Shown one piece after another: positions 1 through 34,374 of a stretch of DNA of 64,000 nt (its first letter is position 1; each line of letters begins with the position of its first letter). Under the pieces are notes generated by a model, which saw only the letters and a list, made by a program, of their open reading frames with translations, was not told the origin of the DNA and ran no database searches. The position numbers and the translations under genes are program-made. The DNA is from Octopus sinensis (Eukaryota): positions 5,022,001-5,086,000 of the forward strand of contig NC_043014.1 of the NCBI RefSeq assembly GCF_006345805.1, read 5' to 3'.

Positions 1-260
1 ATACGTATATGTATATATATGTATCCTTAGGTCTGTGCGCCTGTGTGTTCGTGTGTGATTACGTGTGTGATCTTATGTGTGTGTGTGTGCTTCATAGGAA
101 CATATGTCCGTGATTCATGCATACATCCTTACATCCATCCATCCATCCGTACGTACATACATCCACATATTAATACATACATACGTAAATGCATACGTAC
201 ATACATGCATATATAAATACATAAAGACATACATATATTAACACAAAATCCATGACTTAC

Positions 261-404
261 CGTTTTCGATTTCTCTTCCATTTTTCCTATTCTTGAATCT
301 TGATGAAGAATCACGATCGTCAGAACGAGAAGAACCCCAAAAGCTATGAGAGAAGAAATGGAATAACGCTGCGAAATATTCCTGGACAGTTGTGCGAAAT
401 CCAT
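261..404 (-). CDS. Exon 1 (signal-anchor exon) of a further family member continuing off the left edge
   Basis: ATG at 404; encodes MDFAQLSRNISQRYSISSLIAFGVLLVLTIVILHQDSRIGKMEEKSKT (48 codons); phase-0 donor ACG|GTAAGT; near-identical to three other copies. Confidence 0.8.
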
Positions 405-775
405 TCTGGTGACGGTTGTCGGTCGTAAGTGATACTTCGTGTGGCTTCAACAAAAGATCGAGATGCGAGGTTTAAGCTGAAGACCTGTAACTGAATTCCA
501 CGTATTTATTGAGCGCACAACAACCCAGCTCTGGCATAGATCTTATCGTAAATTTATGAACCAATGCGATTGGTGGAACTGTAAAAGCGGGTGTGAACTT
601 GTCTGACAGGTTTAATTATTGGAAAGAGATGGTTTGATATTGTCACACAATAATTAGCAAAATATTTTGATGAATGAGAGACACGTGTAAAGTGAAATGA
701 TTCCTGTTTCTGGATATATTATGATATATTTATTTACTAATGTTTTTATTTAATTTTATTTGTTATTCTTGGGAA

Positions 776-1102
776 ACTGTTTTAATATTCACTGTGGGAA
801 GTTTTTCGTTCAATCAACAAATACACAGACACAAAGACACACACACACACAAACACACACACACTGACACAAACACCAACACACACACCCACACACACTG
901 ACACACAGACATACACACGCACACACACTAACACACACTGACATACACACACACCAACACCCACACTCACACACACCAACACACACTGACACACACACAT
1001 ACACTGACACACACACACACACACTCCCACACGCACACATACACTGACACACACACACACACACACTGTTTTAATATTCAGTGTGGGAAGTATTTCGTTC
1101 AA
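776..1102. repeat. 38-bp direct repeat (776-813, 1065-1102) flanking a compound CA microsatellite upstream of exon 1
   Basis: ACTGTTTTAATATTCA(C/G)TGTGGGAAGT(T/A)TTTCGTTCAA occurs twice; the arrangement recurs upstream of all four exon-1 copies. Confidence 0.85.
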
Positions 1103-1523
1103 CCCACACAGTAATCGCAAGACTTAATCTAATGAAGTCCGCTGTTCGGATTGGATTCTTCACAACAAGCGTTAATCGGATTAGAAAAGTTTTACGTGAA
1201 TATCAAAATCAAAACCTTCCAATTCCCACCCACTCATACATACATATATACATACATATATACATACATACACACTTACATACACACATATATACATATA
1301 TACATACATGCATACATACATACATACACACTTACATACATACATATATGCATACATACATGCACGCATACATACAAGCATACATACAAAAATACATACA
1401 TACATACACACATACATACATACATACATACATGAATACATATATACATACATACGTACTTACATCCATACATACATGCATACATACTTACATCCATCCA
1501 TCCATACATACATACATACATAC

Positions 1524-2079
1524 TTGGTGGCTGCCCCCCTCGTTATCGAGTATGGGCATTGCACGAAGCTTAATCAATGTTGTTATCTTGCAATGCCTGT
1601 TCATGAAGATTTTTTTTATAGTGAGGAAAGGCTGTGCACTGTGTCAATCCCAGTCATTAAGCAACAGCAGCCATAATCCGAAAAGAAGAACAAGTCAACA
1701 TCATCGGTAACCACTGAGCCGCAGGTTTTATATCGGAGTCATCCCAGTTACCTGAGTTACCTTCTCCTAGAAGGATGCCCTAACAAAGTCTAGGAGTCCT
1801 TCACTCCCAATGGTTTAACCGCGCGATCGTGTATTCAGTCCGGTTATTTCGATTTCTCCGCACATGATACAGCCTTAACACATATATTGGATGGCCGTTG
1901 ACTCTCAAGAGTGCCTCCGCTCTTTGACGGGTTTTGTTTTTCATCCCGCAGGGTGTCCAATAAACTCCCTCCTCACCAAGCAAGCTTAGTGTGGTTGCCG
2001 ATTTGGTCGCCGACGACCCGACAATGCAACAGGTTGTACTGGGTTACATGTTACCAGTAGCACACGAAAGTGACCTGAC
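1524..2079 (-). mobile_element. Short non-autonomous retroelement, probably RTE-derived, embedded in (CATA)n
   Basis: Unique-sequence island bounded by (CATA)n. On the minus strand it ends ...GATAACGAGGGGGGCAGCCACCAAG(TATG)n, resembling an RTE-type 3' end with a microsatellite tail. Copies at 27951-28293 (truncated), 43186-43740 and 62800-63345. Confidence 0.45.
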
Positions 2080-2700
2080 ATACATACATGCTTACATACA
2101 TAGATACATGCATACATACATACATAAATGCATACATAGATGCATACATTCATGCATACATACATAGATTCATGCATACATTATACATACATACATACAT
2201 ACATACATGCATACATACCTACATACATACATACAGACATAGATGCATACATACATACATTCATACATACATACATACATACATACATACATACATACAT
2301 ACATACATACATACACACATACATACAAAAATATCCTGTTCATGTTGTTGAAATTCCAATGGAAGATACTTGGAACTAAGTTAGAAGCCGTCTCTCTTTC
2401 TGTTGGCCAGAAATATTCTATTAAAACCGAATAATGACATTCATACATATTTTCTGCTAGTCATTATCACTAGCTTTGAATATTTTTCTTCTTGTTTTAT
2501 AAATCATAGCAAAACATACAGGTACAGTGTCTCCCATGTGAAACTCAATTCGCAAGTGCACCTTCCGTATGTACTGCATATGTACGACGGAATTCCATAG
2601 TTATAATAAAATTTTCTTTGATGAAGCATATTAGACCCCTCAGATATAGTTTGACCAAATTTAATATATATATATATATATATATTTGTATGTGTGTAAG

Positions 2701-2731
<31 letters not shown>

Positions 2732-2769
2732 TTTGTGTGTGTGTATGTGTGTGTGTATGTGTGTGTGTA

Positions 2770-2820
<51 letters not shown>

Positions 2821-4295
2821 CACACACGGTTTGGCCCTCGAAATAAGGGTAATTTGAAATAAGCTACAAAATAAATCTTACAGCCATGTCAGATTTCAAC
2901 AAAGTCCCATAATTTTTCCTATTGTAATGGCGGGTTGCATATGCAGCTGCGCATGCTCTGTACAGCTTAAACACCTGGCGGTCGTTTTAACTGTCTAATT
3001 ATGCCGCTGAATCAAAAGATGAATTTGAAGATCTTCCAGCGTCCGTATTCTCTGCAATTGTTTACGATTTACAACCAGGAAAATATTTGTAATCTAGAGA
3101 AGCGAATGCAGATTTACCCATCAGACTAATAATAGTGGGATAGTAAACATTAATAATCTTTAATCTTTATTGTAGCTTGATGCTGTAAACCGAACACTTC
3201 GTTTATCTAACAAATATTCGACACACTCCAACAGACACTCATGAATCCTATTGGATATAACGTGACGGTCACAACATCTCAGCCTTCTTACACACAGCAT
3301 CCGTGCTTGCCCTGACTATATTTGCTCTCTTTACTCTCACTTTTATGGGTGTTGTATTCGTTTCGCATAAAATGTATTCAGCTTCTAGGATCCATCCTTT
3401 GTTCGGTTCTGGTATGTTTACGTAGATGAGTGAAAGAAATCGTCTTATTTCATGTTCTCTGCTGCTTAAATGAGGCAATTTTTCTGGTTGATTTCCTTTC
3501 TTATTCTTGTATATCAGCGTTTAGTGTATGATGTGAGTGTTCCGTGCATAGAGTTTCATTTTGTCATAATTTGTGGAAAGGTGGGAAGGTTGTGATTTAG
3601 ATTTAGGTTGGGAGGACCAATACTTATTTCGACTGTCTTTTGAAGGATTGATTGTGTAGTTTCCACATTCTCAGAAGTCTGTAAAGGAACATTTTGCGTT
3701 ATTTCTAAAGTAGATGATAAATATGTTTTATAAGTTATGAGGTAAGAATGGAACAGAAAGCTTCCCTGATTAATAAAGCTAAATAAAATGGTTTGTGTAG
3801 AAGTAACTGGTTGTTGTTGTTGTTGAAGCGATCATGTGTTTTCTGTGTTAAATAATGTGGTGGTTCATGGTCCTTTTCCAGAATCTGAGTTGTAATTTCA
3901 AAAGCAAGATGTCTGAGATAGTAGCATCAAGTATTAGATTTTCTAAGGCTGTGAAAAAGAAGCTGATATATTTCTATGCTGGTACTAGGTTTTTCTTAAT
4001 AATGAGACACAAGACAAAAGACAGTGAAACGAAATAGCATTTTATTTTAACATTAACTTTGATAAACTGAAATCTTATAAAATGTTTTACTAGAATTGTT
4101 CCGACAGATTTAGATTTATTTTCTCATGATATTTCTGGCTTTCTACGTCGCCTCTTTTGTATGGTTTTTAATATCTTCTGATATACCAGTTTCTTTTAAC
4201 AATAGACATACTTGAAGGAAAATATTAGGTAAAAATTATATCAATTCTTGTAATTCACAGACATATTTTGATATGGAACCGAATTTAATTTCTAT

Positions 4296-26275
<21,980 letters not shown>

Positions 26276-28295
26276 TCTGGTGACAGTTGTCGGTCGTACG
26301 TGATACTTCGTGTGGCTTCAACAAAAGATCGAGATGCGAGGTTGAAGCTGAAGACCTGTAACTGAATTCCACGTATTTATTGAGCGCACAACAACCCAGC
26401 TCTGGCATAGATCTTATCGTAAATTTATGAACCAATGCGATTGGTGGAACTGTAAAAGCGGGTGTGAACGTGTCTGACAGGTTTAATTATTGGAAAGAGA
26501 TGGTTTGATATTGTCACACAATAATTAGCAAAATATTTTGATGAATGAGAGACACGTGTAAGGTGAAATGATTCCTGTTTCTGGATATATTATGATATAT
26601 TTATTTACTAATGTTGTTATTTAATTTTATTTGTTATTCTTGGGAAGCTGTTTTAATATTCAGTGTGGGAAGTATTTCGTTCAACCAACAAATACACAGA
26701 CACACACGCATACACACACACTGACACGCAAACACACACGGACGGACACACACACAGACACTGACACACGCACACTGACACGCACACACAAGCACACACT
26801 GACACGAACACCAACACACACACCTACACACACTGACACACAGACACATACACGCACACACACTAACACACACACACATACTGACATACACACACACCAA
26901 CACACACCCACACACACCAACACACACTGACACACACACTGACACACACACACAGATACATTGTCTTACACACACATACACACTCACGCACAGACATACA
27001 CATTGACACACACACACGGACACACACACACTGACACACACACACACACACGCTGACACGCACACGCACATACACTGACACACACACATACACTTACACA
27101 CACACATACACTGACACATACACTGACATACACACACTCCCACACGCACATATACACTGACACACACACACACACACACTGACACACACTCATACACACA
27201 CTCACACACTGTTTTAATATCCAGAGTGGGAAGTATTTCATTCAACCCACACAGTAATCGCAAGACTTAATCTAATGAAGTCCGCTGTTCGGATTGGATT
27301 CTTCACAACAAGCGTTAATCTGATTAGAAAAGTTTTATGTGAATATCAAAATCAAAACCTGCCAATTCCCACCCACCCATATATACATATACACACACAT
27401 ACACACATACATACATATATACATACATACATACATACATACATACACACATACGTATATACCCCCATACATACATATATACTTACAATCACACACATAT
27501 ATATATACATACATACACACATACATACACACATACATACATACAAACATACATACATACGCACACATACATACGTACATACATACATACATACATGTAT
27601 GCATATATTTATACATACAAGTATGTATGTATACATGTATACATGCATGTATGTTTGAATGTAAGCATGTATAAATCGATAGACCCATATACACATACAT
27701 ACATACATACTTACATCCATACATACATGCATACATACTTACATCCATCCATCCATCCATACATACATACATACATACATATATACATACATACATACAT
27801 ACTTACATCCATACATACATGCATACATACTTACATCCATCCATCCATCCATACTTACATACATACATACATATATACATACATACATACTTACATCCAT
27901 ACATACATGCATACATACTTACATCCATCCATCCATTCATAAGTACATACTCGGTGGCTGCCCCCTTGTTATCGAGTATGGCCATTGCACGAAGCTTAAT
28001 CAATGTTGTTATCTTGCAATGCCTGTGCATGAAGATTTTTTTTATAGTGAGGAAAGGCTGTGCACTATGTCAATCCCAGTCACTAAGCAACAGCAGCCAT
28101 AATCCGAAAAGAAGAACAAGTCAACATTATCGGTAACCACTGAGCCGCAGGTTTTATATCGGAGTTATCCCGGTTACCTGAGTTACTTTCTCCTAGAAGG
28201 ATGCCCTAACAAAGTCTAGGAGTCCTCCACTCCCAATGGTTTAACCGCGCGAGCGGGTATTCAGTCCGATTATTTCTATGTCCCCGCGCATGACA

Positions 28296-28620
28296 CAAAC
28301 CAACCGGTCGATCCACGACCAACCGACAAACCAACGAACCAGGTGACCCACCGACAAACCAGCCAACCAGCAACCAACCGACAAACCAACCAACCAGCCG
28401 ATCCCCTACCAACCGACAAACCAGCCAACCAGGTGACCCACAGACCAACCAGCCAGCCAGCAACCAACCGACAAACCAGTCATGACCAACCGATCCACCA
28501 CCAACCGACAAACCAGCCAACCAGGTGACCCACAGACCAACCAGCCCGCCAGCAACCAACCGACAAACCAGTCATGACCAACCGATCCACCACCAACCAG
28601 CCAACCTGCCTACCAGCCAA
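28296..28620. repeat. C/A-rich composite tandem repeat (CCAACCGACAAACCAGCCAACCAGGTGACCCAC...)
   Basis: Repeated ~90-bp composite unit built from CCAACCGACAAA and CCAGCCAA sub-units; starts exactly where homology to the other upstream regions stops. Confidence 0.85.
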
Positions 28621-29426
28621 CTTTTGGCTGTTATTTTTACATAAACGTTACTGAATAAAAGATGGGTTGGTCACGACTGGATGTCTTCGATCATAGAACT
28701 GTTCGATTAGGCTTTCGTGAGGGCTGGACAACAACAACATTAACAACAACAACAACAACAACAACAACATCAATAACAACGAAATACATTAAATACGACC
28801 GATTCTCTCTAGAATTAGGAACCCGGCGTTGTTTGCGTGAGTCTGGCCGAGGCATTTTGAAATAGCAGCAACATGTCGGGAAGAAGAAGGGTTTCCACTT
28901 AGATTTTAATACAGGATCTTTCGTAAACCTCAATCTCTGGTGCTGGGGTCGGGGGGTGGGGTGGGGGACTTTGATATTGCTGACATGTCTTCTCTTTTAC
29001 CTTCGGCAATACAATGAAGGCTTTTGTTGTTGATGTTGGTGGTGGTGGTGTTGTTCTTTGAGATAGTAGTGGTGGTGGTGGTGGCAATGGTTGTAGTTGT
29101 GGTGGTGGTCATGGTAGTGGTGGTAGTAATGCTGGTGCTGGTAATGGTTGTGGTGGCGGTCACGGTTTTGCTGGTGGTGGCTGTGTTTACCTCCGACGTC
29201 TGCCCAATCCAAACAATTCTTTTTGCAGTCATTTCTCCGTTCTTTTTTTTTTTCAATTTTTTTATTCTTTTTATTTTCAGACATATTGCCTCTGAGATAT
29301 AACAAAGATTCGATTCATATCGAAGTCAATTTTAATATTGGATTTACAAGTGCCCAAATCAGTGGTTCCCAACAGTAGTTAATTTGACAGTTGGAGGTCC
29401 ATGTAAGATTGCTTTAAAATCTATCT

Positions 29427-29650
29427 ATTTCTTTACTACCCACAAGGGGCTAAACACACAGAGGACAAACAAGGACAGACAAGCGGATTAAGTCGGTTAT
29501 ATCAACCCCAGTGTTTCACTGGTACTTAATTTATCGACCGCGAAATGATGAAAGGCAAAGTCGACCTCAGCGGAATTTGAACACAGAACGTAACCGCAGA
29601 CGAAATACCACTAGGCATTTCGCCCGGCGTGCTAACGTTTCTACTAGCTC
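29427..29650 (-). mobile_element. tRNA-derived SINE (second family)
   Basis: Minus strand has a tRNA-like head with B-box-like GTTCAAATTCC, the central GTCGACTTTGCCTTTCATC domain and a TAAAGAAATAG tail. Confidence 0.75.
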
Positions 29651-29825
29651 TTCATCAAAATTTTAAAAAACTTTTTTGAAAATTTTCATCAAAATTATGG
29701 AAAGTTTTTTGAAAATTTTGATCAAAAGTTTAAAAAACTTTTTTGGAAATTTTGATCAAAATTTTAAAAAACTTTTTTGAAATTTTGATCAAAATTTTTG
29801 AAAAGTTTTCTGAAAAATTTCATCA
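29651..29825. repeat. ~34-bp A/T-tract tandem repeat, ~5 copies
   Basis: Unit CATCAAAATTTTAAAAAACTTTTTTGAAAATTTT; contains the palindrome AAAATTTTGATCAAAATTTT (approx.). Confidence 0.85.
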
Positions 29826-31716
29826 GTTGTTCATGAAATACTGCAGATTTCGTTGATAGGGAATATTTTTTCTCCGGATAGTTATCCAACAAATACATAC
29901 ACGCACACTGGCACACACACACATACAAACACACACACACACATATACAAACACACACACACACAAACTGACACACACACACTAACATACACACACAGAC
30001 ACACACATACACACACACATTGACACACGCACACACACACACGCACACAAATATGCGGGGGAAATGCGGGCACTCACGAGCGACCGCAGTTACTGTTGGG
30101 GCACAAGGTTGAAGTCAACTCCTCTAGCGAAGAATTTATGAAAGAGAAATACCGAAGGGAGGTAACTCACGACAGACTCCATCCTGGCGCTCTAATGGCG
30201 TCACTTACTCGTTGTTGTTGACTATGTTTAAGTTAAAGCTATGGCTTTAAGTTTGTCCAGATATTCCCCTCTTCGGTATTTTCTTTTGATGACGGTTGAA
30301 CTGGAACCCGATAGGGAGCAGCACTGGACTGATATACTGTTTTTGCCGCTTTCTGCACTGAATTTGCTTTTAGAGTTTGAAATATGCCATTAGCACATTT
30401 TAACGAACCTAAAAATTGCTTATGCCTAATACTGAGCGCTAATACTGTTCACTGGAAACGCCATGTTGAATGTTTCCATATATTCATTTGTCAATTTGCA
30501 TTTCGTGCGTTCATATTACTTAATTATTATTCTTTTTCGCTAGCTTTTTCACAATCGAGCATTCTTATGGCACGCAATTAATCGGACAAAAAACGTGCTG
30601 CCACCCACAGATCCCTCTTTCCACGGATACCTTCGTTTATGTGGCAGCCATTCTACAAACTCCCATATACAAGGAGCAATCATGCTGGGTAGAGTGTGAA
30701 AGACTCAACATGTTGCACTGATTCCACCTAATGCATATTTTATAAGTGGTGTTCCTTTCTTTACTAAGTCGTTTATGTGTGTTACAGTTATTGTATGCAT
30801 GTATCTCGAAGCAAGTTCCTCTTCTGCGAGTTTGATAGTTTTATGTTACAGACGGAGATAATTTGTTGAACTTGATGTTTTGTGAGGTTGCTGTAGATTC
30901 GGTTGATGCTGTTCCGGAAGTCTACTCATATTTCTTGGTGGTTTCACATTTTATTTTGGCACATCAGTTTTCAGGGAACGATGAGAGGCTGCGTGTCTAA
31001 TGTGACTTGAGGTTGTGTGTGTGTGATTTTTGTAGAAGAGTGGGAATATTTGAATGTAGGTTGAAAATAGTTAATCGTGGGACGTGTACTTGTACCCTTG
31101 TCGAAACAGTTTCGTGAAACACCTGACAAGTAGTTAGGTAGTCAACATTTTGTGGTATTTCTTCAGTGGATATCAAATATCCTTTATTAGGTAATATCCG
31201 CGATTGGATTGCAGAGCTTTCATCGCATCGATTGTAGTTACAATGATACGTATGGGAGTATTTTTTTTATTAAACCATCATGATTTAGTGATGTTAGTTA
31301 TAAGCTTTTATCGTGTTTTTTGAAGATTGATCATGAAAGGGTGATATATTTGTACGGATGTGTTTCATTTGGGGATTGTTTTCATTTTAAGACGGAATAC
31401 AACACACATTTAAACGAATCATCATTATATTTCAAAATTTAAATTTGATAAACTGAACCTCATACAATGTATTCTAGAATCATTCCCTGAGGATTACATC
31501 TTTCTGTTAAGCTATTTGTCACATTCTATGACGTCTCTGTTGTTTCGTTTTGAATATTTTCTGAAAACTTGTAGCAGCAATTAATTTAACAACATATATT
31601 AGTCGGATAAAATACTGCGAAACACAATTACAAGAAACGTATATGTTGCTCTATTATATTATATTTTATGATTCGCCGACATAAATTTTCATATAGAAAC
31701 GAATGTAAATTTCTAT

Positions 31717-32216
31717 TCAATATTTACTGCACACAATGCAGGTTAATTCTCGAACATTGACATACGGTGGACATGGCAATGAACCACAAGCAGCTTGAAC
31801 GAAATACAGTAGAGCTCCATCTTCGTTTCTGTAACCCGCTGGATCAGCTTCTGGTGCATAGTCCACACACACATATTCAAGTTTGCCTTTATGCCCGTAA
31901 TGACCGGACATCAAATATCCCGAATACTCAGCTGTCCAACCAGCGTAACACTGTGTCCTGGCTGGTAACATCATAACAACAGCAGGTTGTCGTGTCAAAC
32001 AGACAGCGCACGGAACGTTATGATCATGAATTGATTCAGCGTTAGCAAAAGAAAAGAGTTTATTAGTTGGGTATACTTCCAGTTGATATTCACTGCCATA
32101 AATGTAAGCACTTTTTGTATCTCCTGTCGTATAATTGGCCCAAATGGGGTCGTTAGGTAGACACAAGAGATTACTTCCGCCACCAGTATGGCTATAAAGT
32201 TGTCCATCAACCACAC
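31717..32216 (-). CDS. Gene 2 exon 4 (short-chain collagen C4-like domain)
   Basis: Acceptor CCAATTCTAG|GT; 500 nt open; all Cys motifs retained. Confidence 0.85.
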
Positions 32217-32435
32217 CTAGAATTGGTAAGAATAAATCAAGTAAAAAAGATGTTAAGCAAAATTATATATGAAATAACGGAAATATTCATTACAAATTGA
32301 CCCTTAAAAGGAGTCATGTTTAGTCGTGTGTGAACGAATTGTGGTGTATATATGTTAGTGTTTATGTAAGTGTAAGCTGTGTGTTGCTGAATGCTTGAGA
32401 TCGTAGCTGTGCATTTGCCTTGTCATCATATGTAC

Positions 32436-32503
<68 letters not shown>

Positions 32504-33904
32504 AAGAAGCATCAATGATCTCCAGATGTAATGCGGTACGCTTGTTTCATGCAAATCCAATTATATATATTGATGGAGAAAAAGAAAGATATTTTATAAC
32601 GCATGCACTCGTGTTTATCCGAAATGGAAAAGATGTTCACGTGTGAACGGGGATATTTTGGATGGTGGAAATTGTTGGTGGTTTGAGTAGGACAATAGGG
32701 GAGACGACGAGATGCAGAGAAGTGGTGGGTAGCCGTCGATGAAATGTTGTTTAGTCGATAATACGAGAGTCAGTGGCTAAACCTCTCGTTTAGACTCGGA
32801 AGAATCAGGCTTACAAAGACGTTATGATCACACAGACTTGTTTTCATGCAATACACAGAAACGAGGTGGGAGGAAAAATTGTGAGGATCAGTGATGGCTT
32901 AGTGCTTAAGATGAATGGACGGCCGAGTGAGCGACCGATAAAGGATATGTGTAGGTTTTATAAAGAGTAGATTCAGAGCATTTTAATGGAATGTGAGGTT
33001 CATTGCGGAAGCGGTTTGTAGCAGAAGTTTTGAATCGCAAGTTTCGGAATTACCTTACAAAGATATACAGGATAATTATTGAGGTGATATGGTGCATGAA
33101 AAGAGCAAGGTTTCAGCGATAGGACGATTTCGGTGAGGCGGAGAAGAATAGAAGTGCATTCTGTACTCTGTTGTGTTCTCTCACTAATATTTAGTCTCTC
33201 TCTATTTTACTTAATGAATAAAGTCCTTAGCTTTTTCCATCAGTTACAGTATGTGGCTTGTCCAGTCCTCATTCTACATTGTGCGTTCATTCCATTAACC
33301 ATTTACAGTCACTGTCATAAATTCTAATAGACTCTCTTCAATTTAGCCCACACCTACCATCATTGGGTATTCTAGTTAAAGATAGTCAAGTGGCCACTTT
33401 TCAACTCTGGTTACTCACGTACAATACCACCATCCGTAGCCTGTACAATTGATCACCAGTTAGCAGCCTCGGTATTTGATATCTACAATCCAAAGCTGGT
33501 CAGCCTGAAAATCTTGATCGCCTAGGTGGTTTTCATTCCAGCCCTTGTCTATAATTTAACGTAGAGATATCTATATTCTGTGGTTAGACAACATCCTTTT
33601 CACTATGTCCGTAGTACACAACATATAATATTCTGATTTGACCAAATACCTACAAAGGAGTAAGCAGTCTAATGTAGTGTCTGTATAGTCTACAGGTATA
33701 GACGTTTGAAACGTGACATATCATAAGAGGATTTGAGAATGTTTATGTCAGACAACCCGACAAAGGGTGAGTGTGTGTGCGTGTGCGTGAGAGAGAGTGT
33801 GAGTGTGAAAGAGAGGCAACAAAAAGAGAGAATGAGAGGTATAAAAAGAGAACAAGAGAAAGACAAAAAGAAGATGAGATGTGAGAATTATAAAGTATAC
33901 TAAA

Positions 33905-33979
33905 GGTCATATACAAGTTTTGAATAAGGAGGACAAGTTGTTCTGCCCCACCGGGTATACAATGATCCGAGACCAGGTT
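33905..33979 (-). CDS. Gene 2 exon 3 (PGLGSLYTRWGRTTCPPYSKLVYD), donor lost
   Basis: Acceptor ATATCACAG|AA intact; donor mutated. Confidence 0.7.
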
Positions 33980-34374
33980 CTGTGATATTAAAATGAAGTA
34001 AAGTAGTTTAAAAGAAAGAATTGGGGGTTCATTTACAATGTAGATTGTTGGATGGGAAGGAATTGATGGCGAAGAGAGAAATATAGAAGTTAAGAAAGAA
34101 CGAGTGAATGAATGAAAGTCAGAACGAAAGAGATAAATAATAAGAATAAATTGTAAAGAAAGAAAAAAGACATTTGTCTGTTGAGCCTGTTGGTGACGTT
34201 GATGTCAAAGATTTGAGAGATTAATCTCAGAATATCAGAATGTGTATCGGTCTCAGCTATGAACGGATGTATGTATGATACGTAAACTTGGGTATGAGTA
34301 TATATACTTCTCAATAGAATAATGATAAAACTCAATAGAATAATGATAAAATATTCGCCAGGTGCGAATATTCA

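Noticed and set aside
782-2857. YIHT/VCVC/IYIY-type ORFs here and throughout the window
   Set aside because: Translations of (CATA)n, (CA)n, (TA)n and (TATC)n microsatellites.
3270-3960. Possible decayed LINE remnants here and at ~5100-5690 and ~9345-9900
   Set aside because: Only vague resemblance by eye, with no diagnostic motif; a RepeatMasker or HMM search is needed.
28930-29305. Thr-rich or His-rich mucin-like ORFs
   Set aside because: Translation of a degenerate (GGT/ACC)n tract with no splice or start context.
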